Position numbers and translations under genes: made by a program
Notes under the pieces: model-generated
The model's database searches: none
Told to the model about the DNA's origin: nothing
Seen by the model: only the letters and a program-made list of their open reading frames with translations
Part shown: in pieces, positions 20,601 to 30,550 of the stretch
Position numbering within the stretch: the first letter of the stretch is position 1
How the letters are laid out: every line of letters begins with the position of its first letter
NCBI GenBank assembly: GCA_963793425.1
Contig: CAWCAG010000005.1
Span: forward strand, 1,888,001 to 1,952,000
Origin: an uncultured cyanobacterium
GTDB lineage: Bacteria > Cyanobacteriota > Cyanobacteriia > Cyanobacteriales > CAWCAG01
Direction: 5' to 3'
Length of the DNA: 64,000 nucleotides

Positions 20601-23600
20601 GGTAAAGGAATTGGTAGTTTGGCGAGGTTCAAATTTTCAGTATCAACTTTAAAGTCGTACCGTTCGATAATATTCAGCCCAGAATTTGCTAAATCCAGGT
20701 CGGCATAGCCACTAGCGACGAAATCTTCTGCTGTGGCATTGGGAATTTGTAATCTTTTACCAGTCCAGTTAAAGGAAGCAGCCAGGGGTCTGTCAATTAA
20801 AGCTAAACCTTGATTAAAATTCAAATCTCCTTTCGCCCTAATACCCGCCGGGGTGAGATTGGCTAAATTTCCCCTCGCTTGAATATCTCCCCCAACATTG
20901 CCTGCTAAGTCTTGGTTTAACAGGGCTAAATTAACCCCAGCAACATCTAAATCTGCAAACCAATTACCATTTTTCAGATCCGCATCAGCAACAACCCTGC
21001 CGCCCCGAAAATTGTTTAAGTTACCTTTAACTTTGCCTTGAATTGTGTCGGGAGTGAAGGAAGCTAAAGTACCATTAAGATTAAAGTTACCTGTGAAAGC
21101 AGAACCTTGTAACTGAGAGATTTGAGGAACAAGTTTTGCTATTTGTAAGTTTTGGGTTAACCCCCTAGCTTGCCAGCGGTTATCAGCTAAATTAATTTGA
21201 GAAGCGTTAATTACCCCGGCCCCGTTGGGCAAAACGACATTTCCTGAACCGCCACCATTAACTCCTGCTAAAGAGAGGTTATTGAGGGAACCAAATAGAT
21301 TTAAGTCGCTATTAACAATCCCCTGAAATTGCCTGGGAACAGAAGCCAGATTCCTCACCCTAATGCCCCTAGCTGCCACATTACTTTGCCAACGTCCCCT
21401 CGCTACTCGAACATCATTGGCAACCACTCTACCCCCAGCTAGACCGAAATTAGCTGTTCCTCTAGCCCGAACGCTATTAAGGTTCAAAGAATTGATGTTG
21501 CCTGCGAGGTTAAAGATGCCATCTAATTCCCCTAGTCGGAATTGGGCAGGTAGGGGAACAATTCTCGCTAAGTCAAGATCAGAAACTCTGGCGGTACTAC
21601 TCCAATTTCCCCTTTGTAAGGCAATATCACTAACACTAATTCTGCCCCCCACGGCCCTTAAATTAGCTGTTCCGGTGGCTAAAATTGATTCTGGGCTGAA
21701 ATCGCTTAAACTACCAGAAACGTTCAGCAAAACCGACTCTAACTGTCCCCCAGGAATTTGGGGTGGTAGTTCAATTAAGCGAGAAATTTGGACATCACTA
21801 GCTTGAATTCTTCCTTGCCAACGTCCCTTATTGAGGAGGATATTGTTGATGGCTACATTTTGCCCTGCTAAGTTAGTTTGGGCCGATCCCCTCGCGGTAA
21901 TAGTTTGGAGGTTAATTTTGTTAACGCTGCCGGAAACATTAAATAAACCATTCAAATTACTTTGGCGGAAGAGAGGAAGAGATTTTCCGGTTATTTCGGT
22001 AACAATTTGATTAAGCTTCAGCCCGGAAGTCCTTACTAAGCCAGCCCAACGCCCATCCCTAACCTTAATATCTCTCGCAGCAACTATGCCCCCAGCTAAG
22101 TTCAAGTTACCGTTAATATCTGCTTGCAGGTTTGCTAAATTCTTCCAAGGGCCAAATAACTTCGCATTCCCGGCTACCAAACCCAAAGTTACGGGTAAGT
22201 CTAAACCATAAATCTGGGAGATCGCCTCTGCTGATACACCTGTAGCATCAGCATCAATAGCTAGGTTTCCCCCTTCTTTCAGGTTCACATTACCAGTAGC
22301 TTGAATTTTTCCTCCTACTAAGGGCAAGACTTCAAAGTTTTGAATCTTTAAATTACTACCCACCAATTCCAACAAGGCGCTAAAGTTGCGAAAGCGAAGT
22401 TTATCAACTTGGATAGTTTTTATCCCCCTCGCTTTAACATTTACTTTCGGTTTATCAAAAGGGCCAGTAATAGCTAAATCGGCGCGAATTTGCCCTTTAA
22501 AAGGAACGGGAGTTTTCTTTAGTCCAAAAGTAGTGAAAACTTTGGTGATCTCTACAGGTAAAGTCGCTGCTTTGATATTTAAACCTTCATCTAAATCTAT
22601 CAATCCTCCAGCCTTAGCCGCAACTTGACCAAAAACCGTAGAGATATTTTTTAGTTTGATTTCTGTCCCTTTAGCGATTAAGCGACCATTGGTTTTTGCT
22701 AAAGTTTGGGGCAACTGTTCTAAGGCAACAGTAACATTCTCAACATCAACAATACCATTTAAAAGTAAAGGCTTTTTCCCATTAATCTCTGCCCTTAAAT
22801 TGGCATCTAATTTACCTTTCCTTAACTCAAAAGGTAAAGGCAACAAGCGACCAATTTCTAAAGCATTTAACTTCTTAGCCCTAGTCCTTAATTTCGCCCG
22901 TTTCGTCTTAGTAAAAAACTCTCCTCGCAAGCGAAAATCACCACTACTCAGGAAATCCCCAGCTAACTGAAAAACTAAATGTCTCCCTTCATCAAGAAGT
23001 TCAACTCCCCCAGAATCGACTAATAATTCTATCGGTTTGTACAACTTCCCTTGCTTAGACCGAGGCACTAAAGTAACATCAGCATCCCTAAAACTAACTC
23101 TTTCAATTTCAGTTTTAATCGGCCCCGCCTCTTCATCGGAATTAGGAGGTAAATTAATCCAAATCCCCTTTTCATCTTGTTCCGCATAAAGTTCCGGTTC
23201 AACCAAAACCACATCTAGTAATAACTCGCGGTTTGTTAATAACTTGAAAAGATTATTAAACCTAACCTGAACCGCCTCCACAGAAGCACTATCAGGATCA
23301 TCAGCCGTAGCTGGAACAGAAGTAGGGCCAAACTCTAACCCTCCCAAACCAACACTCTCTAACTCTCCTAAATCAATCGGTCTACCCAAAACCTGAATAA
23401 GTTGTTTTTCCACCAAGGGGGATAACTTTTGGTGAAGAAAAATCCAACCCCAAGTTAAGCCTCCACCAATACCAACTAATAAAATTCCCGTCAGACTAAA
23501 CCACAAACGTCTCCTACGGCGACGAGGGGGCGGAGTAGGGGGAGTTAATTCCGGTTGTTGATTGGACTCTGGTTCGTTGTCTGGGTTGGGGGTATTAGTC

Positions 23601-23602
23601 AT
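17678..23602 (-). CDS. tamB: Translocation/assembly module TamB (DUF490) protein
   Basis: 1974 aa with an N-terminal TM anchor after a poly-Arg run, a long Gly-rich beta-taco-like body and a C-terminal L.S.P.RSETEIVALLGG ... YEFRF. Confidence 0.88.
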   Translation of the reverse strand: MTNTPNPDNEPESNQQPELTPPTPPPRRRRRRLWFSLTGILLVGIGGGLTWGWIFLHQKLSPLVEKQLIQVLGRPIDLGELESVGLGGLEFGPTSVPATADDPDSASVEAVQVRFNNLFKLLTNRELLLDVVLVEPELYAEQDEKGIWINLPPNSDEEAGPIKTEIERVSFRDADVTLVPRSKQGKLYKPIELLVDSGGVELLDEGRHLVFQLAGDFLSSGDFRLRGEFFTKTKRAKLRTRAKKLNALEIGRLLPLPFELRKGKLDANLRAEINGKKPLLLNGIVDVENVTVALEQLPQTLAKTNGRLIAKGTEIKLKNISTVFGQVAAKAGGLIDLDEGLNIKAATLPVEITKVFTTFGLKKTPVPFKGQIRADLAITGPFDKPKVNVKARGIKTIQVDKLRFRNFSALLELVGSNLKIQNFEVLPLVGGKIQATGNVNLKEGGNLAIDADATGVSAEAISQIYGLDLPVTLGLVAGNAKLFGPWKNLANLQADINGNLNLAGGIVAARDIKVRDGRWAGLVRTSGLKLNQIVTEITGKSLPLFRQSNLNGLFNVSGSVNKINLQTITARGSAQTNLAGQNVAINNILLNKGRWQGRIQASDVQISRLIELPPQIPGGQLESVLLNVSGSLSDFSPESILATGTANLRAVGGRISVSDIALQRGNWSSTARVSDLDLARIVPLPAQFRLGELDGIFNLAGNINSLNLNSVRARGTANFGLAGGRVVANDVRVARGRWQSNVAARGIRVRNLASVPRQFQGIVNSDLNLFGSLNNLSLAGVNGGGSGNVVLPNGAGVINASQINLADNRWQARGLTQNLQIAKLVPQISQLQGSAFTGNFNLNGTLASFTPDTIQGKVKGNLNNFRGGRVVADADLKNGNWFADLDVAGVNLALLNQDLAGNVGGDIQARGNLANLTPAGIRAKGDLNFNQGLALIDRPLAASFNWTGKRLQIPNATAEDFVASGYADLDLANSGLNIIERYDFKVDTENLNLAKLPIPLPEAAANLALGGLADFDGRIAGTIKSPNINGGIALRNFIFDGLDFDPLLAGSVTSQDSGINLQLNGEDDIIRVALAPNYQPNSFYIRFDQNVAVRFEEDDFVEVTATGTRRGDILDIDTENFPISIAKEFIPLPPQLATQTLAGQLSGNIAVNLKTFAISGDIAIARPIVGNFEGDLFTGRFNYANGFGVFNEGELRKGESIYALDARLSPGISGPEIVAKADVEKGRIEDVLYALQIFDLEDLTRGSGDRNYGNQEDIGILSLGLPGTTVETQLQRLAEVQTLLQQQRLAREDASPLPELEKLEGEFSGSVDVAASIRNSSLASLQAEFDFLGDDWQWEEYLAERVVAKGSINSQGSISNTRVTLQPVLIELANNGALAFTGNLGEENLSGQLRAKQVPVSLIQEFVELPPAIGFGGLVDAQASISGSRENPQSIGTIEIVDAKINQQSVQKAEGSFQYNDAILNFAANAILAGSPDNPLTVNGKIPYQLPGTTVEPASNELALAVKVKDDGLAILDILTRQQLGWVAGKGDVDINIKGIFDQKLGRPENLVVDGSAIISDATISSELLTETLTDVDGEIIFDFDTIEVVNTLTGKYGGGEVVVSGSLPISEPSPQESPLTIALKELDFNLKGIYQGGVGGEVLITRTALSPLVSGEINLKDGKVFIAESSNLDGGSGEDAGAGEGVAGDNNNQEAGITPEFANLKINLVDDIQITQPPILNFSAKGDFTLNGPLDDPRPDGLITLERGQVNLFTTQFRLRGGYPQTAEFRPELGLDPILNVQLIANVSEGTPVFIPTDTNPNEIPDAPISTFGSLQSVRVIASVEGAASRLDENLELSSNPRRSETEIVALLGGSVLNSFSQDAAVGLANLAGTALLGNFQRAVGDTLGLSEFRLFPTSSASNSQGGGSEIGVGAEAAFDISRDLSVSVIKVLTDERPAQYGLRYRIDDNTLFRGSTDFQGDSRAVVEYEFRF

Positions 23603-24069
23603 CTTAGGGTTTGGGAGTTGGGAATAATGGTTTTACTGTCCTTAATGACGCACCAGATATTAGGGAGAGATTCTGAAGCTACTCTCTATTTTGAAGAGAG
23701 TAATAGCTGTTAAGTTTCTCAATAATAAATATCACAATAATTAAATTAATCAAGTTTTATCGTAAATCAGGGTTTGGTTGCACAGATTATTTGTGGGGGT
23801 AGGGAGTAGGCAGCAAGGGGAGTGAAACTTTGGGGGTCTGGTATTGGATATTACATCGCCTTATACCAAGGTTAAGAAGCAAAAGCACTTTTTGTTTTTG
23901 TTTTTGCCTCCACCTGCTCAATAACTATACGGCACAGCGGATTACTGGTTTTAATTTTTCCAGAAAACCGTCTCAAACCTTGTAACCAGATTTCATAAGT
24001 GTCAAAGCCCACAATATTAATCTTTAACCTTTACCCCCATTAGGGTATCTCCGACGCAACCAAAGAAAA

Positions 24070-24894
24070 ATGGTATTACTTATTTATTGGTTGTGGGGGA
24101 ATTATCATTTAAAATTTTCTTTCATAGTGAGTTCTATCTTACAAGTAGGGATTGTCGCCGTGGTCAATATTGATCGTATTGCAGAAGAACACGAATTAGG
24201 AAACTTAGTTGGTGAATTTAGATGGAATAAATCTCGGGCCAAATTACTATTCTATGTTTGGTTATTTTTGCTACCTATTATTGCTTTAGCTGTTTTCTTC
24301 ATCCCCTTAGAACCTGTAGAGTTAGGTTATGGCATCGGTGGGATCGCTTTGCTGATCTGCTTTTACTTTATTTACAGGCAAGCAAGCAGACTAAAAAAGA
24401 AAAAAGTCTTGTCGGTTTATGAACAAGGGTTGGTAGATCAGCGCAAAGGTAAACCTAAAGTAATACGCTTTGAAAATGTCAAAAATTTGTGGTTATCTAT
24501 AAACCAGATTTATGGTAGAGGTTTAGCTTTATATCTTTATACTCTACAAACTGAAGATAGCAAGAAGCACAAATTTAATAATAGCTTATCTAGTATTGAA
24601 CAACTTGCTTTCTTGTTTCAAAATCAAGTCTGGCGTTATCAATTTCCCATCGCCATGAACAAATTCAAGGAAGGAGAAGAAGTTGATTTTGGTAAAATCA
24701 GTTTAAGTAAAGAAGGCTTATCTCTCAAGAATAAAAATCTACCCTGGTTCGAGTTAAAACAAATTGATTTGCAGGAAGGAATGGTATTTATTCTGCAAAA
24801 GGAAGAAGGAATATGGGCGAAGTTCCCAGCTTCAGGATTTCCTAATTTGTCTCTCTTTACCGCTATGACTGAGCAAATCAAGAAAAATAATTGA
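24070..24894 (+). CDS. Uncharacterised membrane protein (DUF6585-like); true start may be the GTG near 24160
   Basis: Two TM helices followed by a PH-like region (VYEQGL, FGKISLSKEGL, LPW, PNLSLF). Confidence 0.6.
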   Translation: MVLLIYWLWGNYHLKFSFIVSSILQVGIVAVVNIDRIAEEHELGNLVGEFRWNKSRAKLLFYVWLFLLPIIALAVFFIPLEPVELGYGIGGIALLICFYFIYRQASRLKKKKVLSVYEQGLVDQRKGKPKVIRFENVKNLWLSINQIYGRGLALYLYTLQTEDSKKHKFNNSLSSIEQLAFLFQNQVWRYQFPIAMNKFKEGEEVDFGKISLSKEGLSLKNKNLPWFELKQIDLQEGMVFILQKEEGIWAKFPASGFPNLSLFTAMTEQIKKNN

Positions 24895-24904
24895 TAATCG
24901 AAAA

Positions 24905-25714
24905 ATGTATTGGTATGACGGTGAATTAATTTCAAGTAACTCTATTGAACTTTCTTTAGATAATCCTGGCTTGCTTTATGGCGCAACAGTTTTCACTACC
25001 CTAAGAATTTATCAGCAATCTTTAGAACATCCCCTCACTAATTGGGCTGCCCATTGGCAACGCCTCCATCACGCCATAAAAACTGTAGCTTGGGAAAGCC
25101 CTAACTGGGATAACATCAAACAAGGTACAAAAACTTTAATAAGCCATTTTCCCGTTCTACGCATCACTCTTTTTCCTGATGGTAAAGAATTGATTACTGG
25201 ACGCAATTTGCCGGAGGATTTAGCCAAAAGCCAAACACAAGGAGTTAGTGCTTGGTTAGCCGCAAAGGGAGATTATACTCGTTCTTTACCTAACCTGAAA
25301 ACAGGTAACTATTTAGCGCCTTGGCTAGCTTTAAAAGAAGCTCAAAAGTTAGGGGCAAAAGAAGCAATTCTGGTTGATGTTAAAGGCAATTGGTTAGAAA
25401 GTTCTACGGGCAACCTTTGGGGTTGGAAAAATGGTTGTTGGTATACCCCTCCCCTCAAAGCTGGTATTTTATCAGGAACTATGCGCCAACAACTTCTCAA
25501 TTGGTTAGAATTTTCCCAGCAACCCAAACAAACTACGACTATTTGGGATAAAAGTTTTGTTCAAGAATTAGAAGCAATCGCCTATACAAATAGTGTTGTA
25601 GAAGTTATACCTATCCACACAATATCAAGAACCCAAGGCGATCTTAAATACAATCCTCATCATCTCAGCTTAGGACAGTTAAAAGATTTTTTTATTGCTA
25701 ACAAGAAGCTGTAA
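24905..25714 (+). CDS. Class IV PLP aminotransferase / aminodeoxychorismate lyase-like
   Basis: GLLYGATVFTT, LKTGNY (PLP lysine), E.STGNL, GILSGT.R, TNS. Confidence 0.85.
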   Translation: MYWYDGELISSNSIELSLDNPGLLYGATVFTTLRIYQQSLEHPLTNWAAHWQRLHHAIKTVAWESPNWDNIKQGTKTLISHFPVLRITLFPDGKELITGRNLPEDLAKSQTQGVSAWLAAKGDYTRSLPNLKTGNYLAPWLALKEAQKLGAKEAILVDVKGNWLESSTGNLWGWKNGCWYTPPLKAGILSGTMRQQLLNWLEFSQQPKQTTTIWDKSFVQELEAIAYTNSVVEVIPIHTISRTQGDLKYNPHHLSLGQLKDFFIANKKL

Positions 25715-25874
25715 TCTTGCTTTTTTCTGACTTGACATGATATTATGTACATGGTGGAAAAGGTGCGTCTTGAAAAGCCGTTTCCAAAAGCATTTTTACT
25801 TTCTAATGATTCTTGCTTCCGGCTCTCAACTTAAACAGATTTGCGGATTTTGCTACCTCAAATAGGATTGCTAT

Positions 25875-25964
25875 ATGTTGAGGAAAATAGATAACAATAT
25901 TTGGGTAGCCGAGCAACCTTTGAAGTATTTCGGCTTGAATGTGGGTACAAGAATGAGGGTTATT
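25875..25964 (+). pseudogene. 5' remnant of a DUF4336-like gene
   Basis: AGGA RBS, then ATG reading MLRKIDNNIWVAEQPLKYFGLNVGTRMRVI, which resembles the DUF4336 N-terminus. The similarity ends at the stop codon of the convergent yjbQ-like gene. Confidence 0.65.
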
Positions 25965-26381
25965 TTATTCTCCGTTGACATGAACCACAATTTCTCTATT
26001 ATGGTTACGTTGGCGATGTTCCCAAAGGTAAATACCTTGCCAAGTACCTAACACTAACCTACCACGAGAGATAGGAATTTGTTCTGAGGTTTGGGTAAGG
26101 GCTGAACGAATGTGGGCGGGCATATCATCGGAACCTTCGGCACTATGAATATAGCTTCTGCCATCTTCAGGTACAAGTTTAGCGAAGAAGTTTGCTAAAT
26201 CTGTGAGGACATCAGGATCTGCGTTTTCTTGAATTACCAAGCTAGCAGAAGTATGACGGACAAAAACTGTACATAAACCTGTATCCACCCCTGAGTTAGC
26301 AACAACAGAATCTATATCACGGGTTATTTTATGTAAGGATTTACCAGTAGTTCTAATTTTGAGAACTTTTTGATGGTGCAT
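25965..26381 (-). CDS. YjbQ/UPF0047-family protein
   Basis: HTSASL..QENADPDV, DDMPAHIRS, LGTWQGIYLWEHR. Confidence 0.92.
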   Translation of the reverse strand: MHHQKVLKIRTTGKSLHKITRDIDSVVANSGVDTGLCTVFVRHTSASLVIQENADPDVLTDLANFFAKLVPEDGRSYIHSAEGSDDMPAHIRSALTQTSEQIPISRGRLVLGTWQGIYLWEHRQRNHNREIVVHVNGE

Positions 26382-26478
26382 ATTTTCAGTTATTAGTTAT
26401 TAATGATGTCTACAACAACAGCTAATGCCGTACAGTTATCAGGTAGCGATTAGCAACTAGCGATTAGCAACTAGCAAT

Positions 26479-27390
26479 TTATACTTTCTGAGCAACAACT
26501 GTACGATGCCTGGGGCTATTAGCAGTGATAGTTGGTTCAGCGAAACCCGCTTCGGTGATAGCTTTGGCTATATCTAAATTAAAATATTGATCTAAATAAG
26601 GTTCTGTACTTTTGAGCAAGGTTAAAATGTAAGGAGGCATTTTGGCATAAACTTGCGATCGCGGATTCATATCCATAAAAGCAAAATAACCTCCTGGCTT
26701 TAAAACACGCTTAATTTCTGACAAAATTTCCTGGGTTGCTTGTTGAGGTAATTCGTGAAATACCAAAAATACCGATACCAAGTCAAAAGCTACATCAGGC
26801 AAGCCTGTATCTTCTGCTGCGGCGTGTTTCCAGTCAATTGCCAGGTTTTTATCCCTAGCACGGTTTTGAGCTACTGTGAGGAAATAGGGAGACAAATCCA
26901 ATCCTGTTATTTTTCCTTGAGGATAAACCTCTTGCAAAGCAAAACTACTCATCCCCACACTACAACCCACATCTAAAATAGCTTCCGGCGAACCCGAAAC
27001 TTGTTCTTTCACCAAGTTGTGATAACTCTGCCGCAACATTGCATCCCCTTTCACCCCAGCATCGGGCCAAATTTTGGCATGAACAGCATAAGCAGCAAAC
27101 TCAACTTCTAAAGCAGCATCCCAACTTAAGTTACCCTTTTCATAAGCATGGAAGGAGCGTAAATAATATTCAGGATAGGTTAATTGAGAATCTTCAACTG
27201 CTGCTAATTCTGAGTCCCAATCATAACTCCGCAACTTTTCTACCCCAGTCCGCCAAGGGACACCCATAGCCTCAGCCCGATCCATCATCATTTTACGGGC
27301 TTGATATTTAGCTAAATTAGCTAGAGGTTTGACTGCTAGTACTCCATTCACAAAACGAGAAGCTAAACCAGGAATAGCGCTTGTAGTCAT
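26479..27390 (-). CDS. Class I SAM-dependent methyltransferase
   Basis: ILDVGCSVG, GLDLSP, FDLV, FHELP, LKPGG. Confidence 0.9.
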   Translation of the reverse strand: MTTSAIPGLASRFVNGVLAVKPLANLAKYQARKMMMDRAEAMGVPWRTGVEKLRSYDWDSELAAVEDSQLTYPEYYLRSFHAYEKGNLSWDAALEVEFAAYAVHAKIWPDAGVKGDAMLRQSYHNLVKEQVSGSPEAILDVGCSVGMSSFALQEVYPQGKITGLDLSPYFLTVAQNRARDKNLAIDWKHAAAEDTGLPDVAFDLVSVFLVFHELPQQATQEILSEIKRVLKPGGYFAFMDMNPRSQVYAKMPPYILTLLKSTEPYLDQYFNLDIAKAITEAGFAEPTITANSPRHRTVVAQKV

Positions 27391-27487
27391 AGGTTTATGT
27401 CATCTAAATTTTTAGTTATTAAAGCTTATTTTGCCTTAATTAGGAGTCGCTATTACAATTTACCAAAAACAAAAAGGTTTAAAGCAA

Positions 27488-27644
27488 GTAGGGTGGGCAA
27501 AAAATAATATATTTGTTGATTAAACTAAAAGTAAATTTGCCCACCATTATTCTGTAGGCGATCGCAGATTTACTTTTAATTTTGGTGGGCAAGAATAAAC
27601 AAATTTTTGATGCCCATTTTACTTGCTTGGCTTGCCCACCCTAC
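27488..27644. repeat. REP/BIME-like composite palindrome with a central HIP1 site
   Basis: Perfect 13-bp terminal inverted repeat GTAGGGTGGGCAA...TTGCCCACCCTAC, internal TTGCCCACC and GGTGGGCAA arms, GCGATCGC near 27558. Confidence 0.8.
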
Positions 27645-27676
27645 AGTGCCATCTAGTTTAGTAAGTTTATCAATTA

Positions 27677-28996
27677 TTAATTGACAACCTCTGCCACTAA
27701 CTTAGGAACAGCCGCCGTCAACACATCATGCCCCTCTGCTGTCACCAAAATATCATCTTCAATGCGAATGCCAATACCGCGCCAACGTTCATCCACTTCC
27801 GGTTGATCTTCTGCTGGTTTAAAATTGGGGGAGATATAAATACCGGGTTCCACTGTCACAACATGACCTGGTTGAAAAGCTTGCCAAACTTCTTCTCCAT
27901 GTTTATAAACTCCCGCATCATGAACATCTAAACCTAACCAATGTCCCGTGCGGTGCATATAAAAGGGTTTGTACTTCTCTTCTTCAATAATTTCTTCTAA
28001 GTCCCCTTGCAACAAACCTAAATCCAACAAACCTTGGACAATTACACAAACGGCAATGTCATGAAACTCGTTATAAGGATTGCCGGGTTTAACCTCTGCG
28101 ATCGCCTTTAATTGCGCCTCTAAAACAATCTCATAAAGTATCTGCTGTTCCTTACTAAACTTCCCTTCCACAGGAAAAGTGCGAGTAATATCGCCATTGT
28201 AGTAACCATAGGAACAACCAGCATCAATTAACAACAAATCCCCGGCTTGCATTTGACAGTTGTTTTCAATGTAATGAAGGATGCAAGAATTCACCCCGGA
28301 AGCCACAATCGAAGGATAAGCGGGGCCTAATGCTCCTTGGCGACGGAAAAAATGCTCTAATTCTGCTTGAACCTCATATTCAAATACCCCTGGTTTCGCA
28401 ACCTCTCTGGCTAAATTATGGGCCTCAGCGGAAATATCTGTAGCTTTACGCAACAAAGCTAATTCCCCAGGACTTTTTACCTTACGCATCCCGTGTAAAA
28501 TCGGCCCTGGATCAGCGATCGCAGTTGGCCCCGTGCCACTTTTTTGATACCCTCTCACCATTCTTTGATAATGGCGAAGAACAGTATTATTAAAGGGGCG
28601 ATCGCGTCCTAAATGGTAATAAATGCGGTCAGCTTTTTGCAAATATTGGGGCAGTTTTTCATTCAACTCTTCCAGAGGATAAGCTTCATCTGCCCCGAAT
28701 TGTTCTTTAGCTGCTTCCACCCCAACACGATAACCCGTCCAAGTTTCTTTTTCCGGGTCTTTTTTCTGCACAAAAAGCACAAAGCGATGTTCTTCATGAT
28801 GAGGGGCCAACACTGCTACGGCTTCTGTTTCATTGAAACCTGTTAAGTAATAAAAATCACTATCTTGACGAAAAGGATACTCTACATCATGGTGCATCAC
28901 CGCCAGAGGCGCACTACAAAAGATGGCTGTACTATTGCCCATCTTCTCCATAAATTCTTCTCGACGCTGATGATATTCTTTTTGTTCTATACCCAT
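27677..28996 (-). CDS. pepP: Xaa-Pro aminopeptidase
   Basis: FRQDSDFYYLTG, LIDAG, DITRT, HWLGLDVHD, TVEPGIY, GIRIEDD. Confidence 0.95.
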   Translation of the reverse strand: MGIEQKEYHQRREEFMEKMGNSTAIFCSAPLAVMHHDVEYPFRQDSDFYYLTGFNETEAVAVLAPHHEEHRFVLFVQKKDPEKETWTGYRVGVEAAKEQFGADEAYPLEELNEKLPQYLQKADRIYYHLGRDRPFNNTVLRHYQRMVRGYQKSGTGPTAIADPGPILHGMRKVKSPGELALLRKATDISAEAHNLAREVAKPGVFEYEVQAELEHFFRRQGALGPAYPSIVASGVNSCILHYIENNCQMQAGDLLLIDAGCSYGYYNGDITRTFPVEGKFSKEQQILYEIVLEAQLKAIAEVKPGNPYNEFHDIAVCVIVQGLLDLGLLQGDLEEIIEEEKYKPFYMHRTGHWLGLDVHDAGVYKHGEEVWQAFQPGHVVTVEPGIYISPNFKPAEDQPEVDERWRGIGIRIEDDILVTAEGHDVLTAAVPKLVAEVVN

Positions 28997-29020
28997 GATT
29001 TTTGATTTAACGATTTAATT

Positions 29021-29791
29021 TCAATAACTCATAACGCGAATAACTGGCCCGTTTTGTGGCAAATTTCCAGGGGAGACTGTTATTGTACTACTTCCAACTC
29101 TACTTACCGAAGTTCCTTCTGTAGTGGTTAAAAACTCATCTACCGGGGCAATATCGCAATTATTAGCATCCGCTTTAGAAGTGCGGTAGTGGGTAGGAAT
29201 AACTAACTTAGGATTGAGTACATCCATAGCCTTTTTCGCTTCCTGGGCATTGTAAGCTTTCTCGCCCCCTCCAACAGGTATCAAAGCGACATCCGGCCTA
29301 CCAATCAGAATCTTTTGTTCTATATCTATCGGTGCTGCTGCCCCCCCTAAATGGAGGATTCTTACCCCTGCTTGAGTCCAACGCCAAGCTACATTAGTAC
29401 CAAACTGCCTACCCCCTTTGCGGTCATGGTCGATACCGATGCCTTGAAACTCTTTACCTTGGAATTCAAAAGCACCAGCTTCATAAAGTACTTTAGGGTT
29501 GCCTGGTAAGCCTTCTGCAGACCCTTCATCGAGAAGAAAGCTACTGATTAAAACTAAATCTGCCCCCACCTTGGGAGGTTGATAGCCAGCAGTACAACCC
29601 AATGCCTTGAAAGGATTGACCAAAACTTGCATACCACCACCACTAAACAAAAAGCAGGTATGGCCTAACCATTTAATGGACAAAGAGCCACCTGTTTGGG
29701 CCTGAGATGGATTTAGCCTAGAGGTTAATATTGTACCTGATGCTGCTAGTAAACTCGCTCCACCGTAACGTATTAACTGTCGTCGTTTCAT
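29021..29791 (-). CDS. Tat-exported MBL-fold protein with degenerate metal ligands
   Basis: MKRRQLI twin-Arg signal, WLGHTCF, LHLG, IPVGG, IPTHY. The canonical HxHxDH is replaced by SSFLLDE. Confidence 0.8.
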   Translation of the reverse strand: MKRRQLIRYGGASLLAASGTILTSRLNPSQAQTGGSLSIKWLGHTCFLFSGGGMQVLVNPFKALGCTAGYQPPKVGADLVLISSFLLDEGSAEGLPGNPKVLYEAGAFEFQGKEFQGIGIDHDRKGGRQFGTNVAWRWTQAGVRILHLGGAAAPIDIEQKILIGRPDVALIPVGGGEKAYNAQEAKKAMDVLNPKLVIPTHYRTSKADANNCDIAPVDEFLTTTEGTSVSRVGSSTITVSPGNLPQNGPVIRVMSY

Positions 29792-29829
29792 TTATGTTTT
29801 TCCTTTAAAAGAGTGCTTTTTTAACTTTG

Positions 29830-30459
29830 TTATACCCTGACCACTTCTTCTTCACTGTTAACAGCTTGCCCCGGCAAAGATGCTAAGAAATTTTGCAAAA
29901 TTTGTTTTCCAGTAGTGGTTAGAATACTCTCTGGATGAAATTGGACTCCTTGAATGTGAGGATAGTTCCTATGCCTCACGCCCATTACCGTACCATCATC
30001 TATCCAAGCTGTTACTTCCAAAGTTTTCGGTAAGGTTGTTTTTTCTATCACTAAACTATGATATCGAGTAGCCCGAAAAGGACTCGTAATATTCTGGAAA
30101 ACTCCTACTCCTTTATGGTGGATTTGGGAGGTTTTGCCGTGCATTAAAGTGGGTGCAGAAATAATTTTGCCACCAAATACTTGACCAATACTTTGATGCC
30201 CTAAACAAACTCCTAAAATCGGTAATTCTGCCCCTAGTTGTTTGATTAAATCTAAGGATATGCCTGCATCATCAGGACGACCAGGGCCGGGAGAAATAAC
30301 GACTCCATGGGGTTTGAGGTTACGAATTTCTTCAATAGTTATTTTATCATTGCGGTATACCCGTATTTGGGAGGCTACAGGTAAAGTTGCCTTAAACTCT
30401 CCTAAATACTGCACCAAGTTGTAAGTAAAACTGTCGTAGTTGTCAATAACAATAATCAA
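29830..30459 (-). CDS. trpG: Anthranilate/aminodeoxychorismate synthase component II (glutamine amidotransferase)
   Basis: IDNYDSFTYNL, SPGPG, GVCLGHQ, RYHSL, QFHPES. TTG start at 30459 is preferred because the upstream extension comes from a tandem repeat. Confidence 0.92.
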   Translation of the reverse strand: MIIVIDNYDSFTYNLVQYLGEFKATLPVASQIRVYRNDKITIEEIRNLKPHGVVISPGPGRPDDAGISLDLIKQLGAELPILGVCLGHQSIGQVFGGKIISAPTLMHGKTSQIHHKGVGVFQNITSPFRATRYHSLVIEKTTLPKTLEVTAWIDDGTVMGVRHRNYPHIQGVQFHPESILTTTGKQILQNFLASLPGQAVNSEEEVVRV

Positions 30460-30550
30460 GCGGGTATCTCCATTTATCATTTATCATTTATCAAGGGACT
30501 TGATGAATGATAACTTCAAGATCAATAATATTATCCCGCTAGAGGTTTTA

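Noticed and set aside
17748..22970. Many plus-strand ORFs of 60-150 aa inside tamB
   Set aside because: They are antisense shadows of a long Gly/Asn-rich gene with no motifs. The same applies to the shadows inside pnp, pepP, tex and the kinases.
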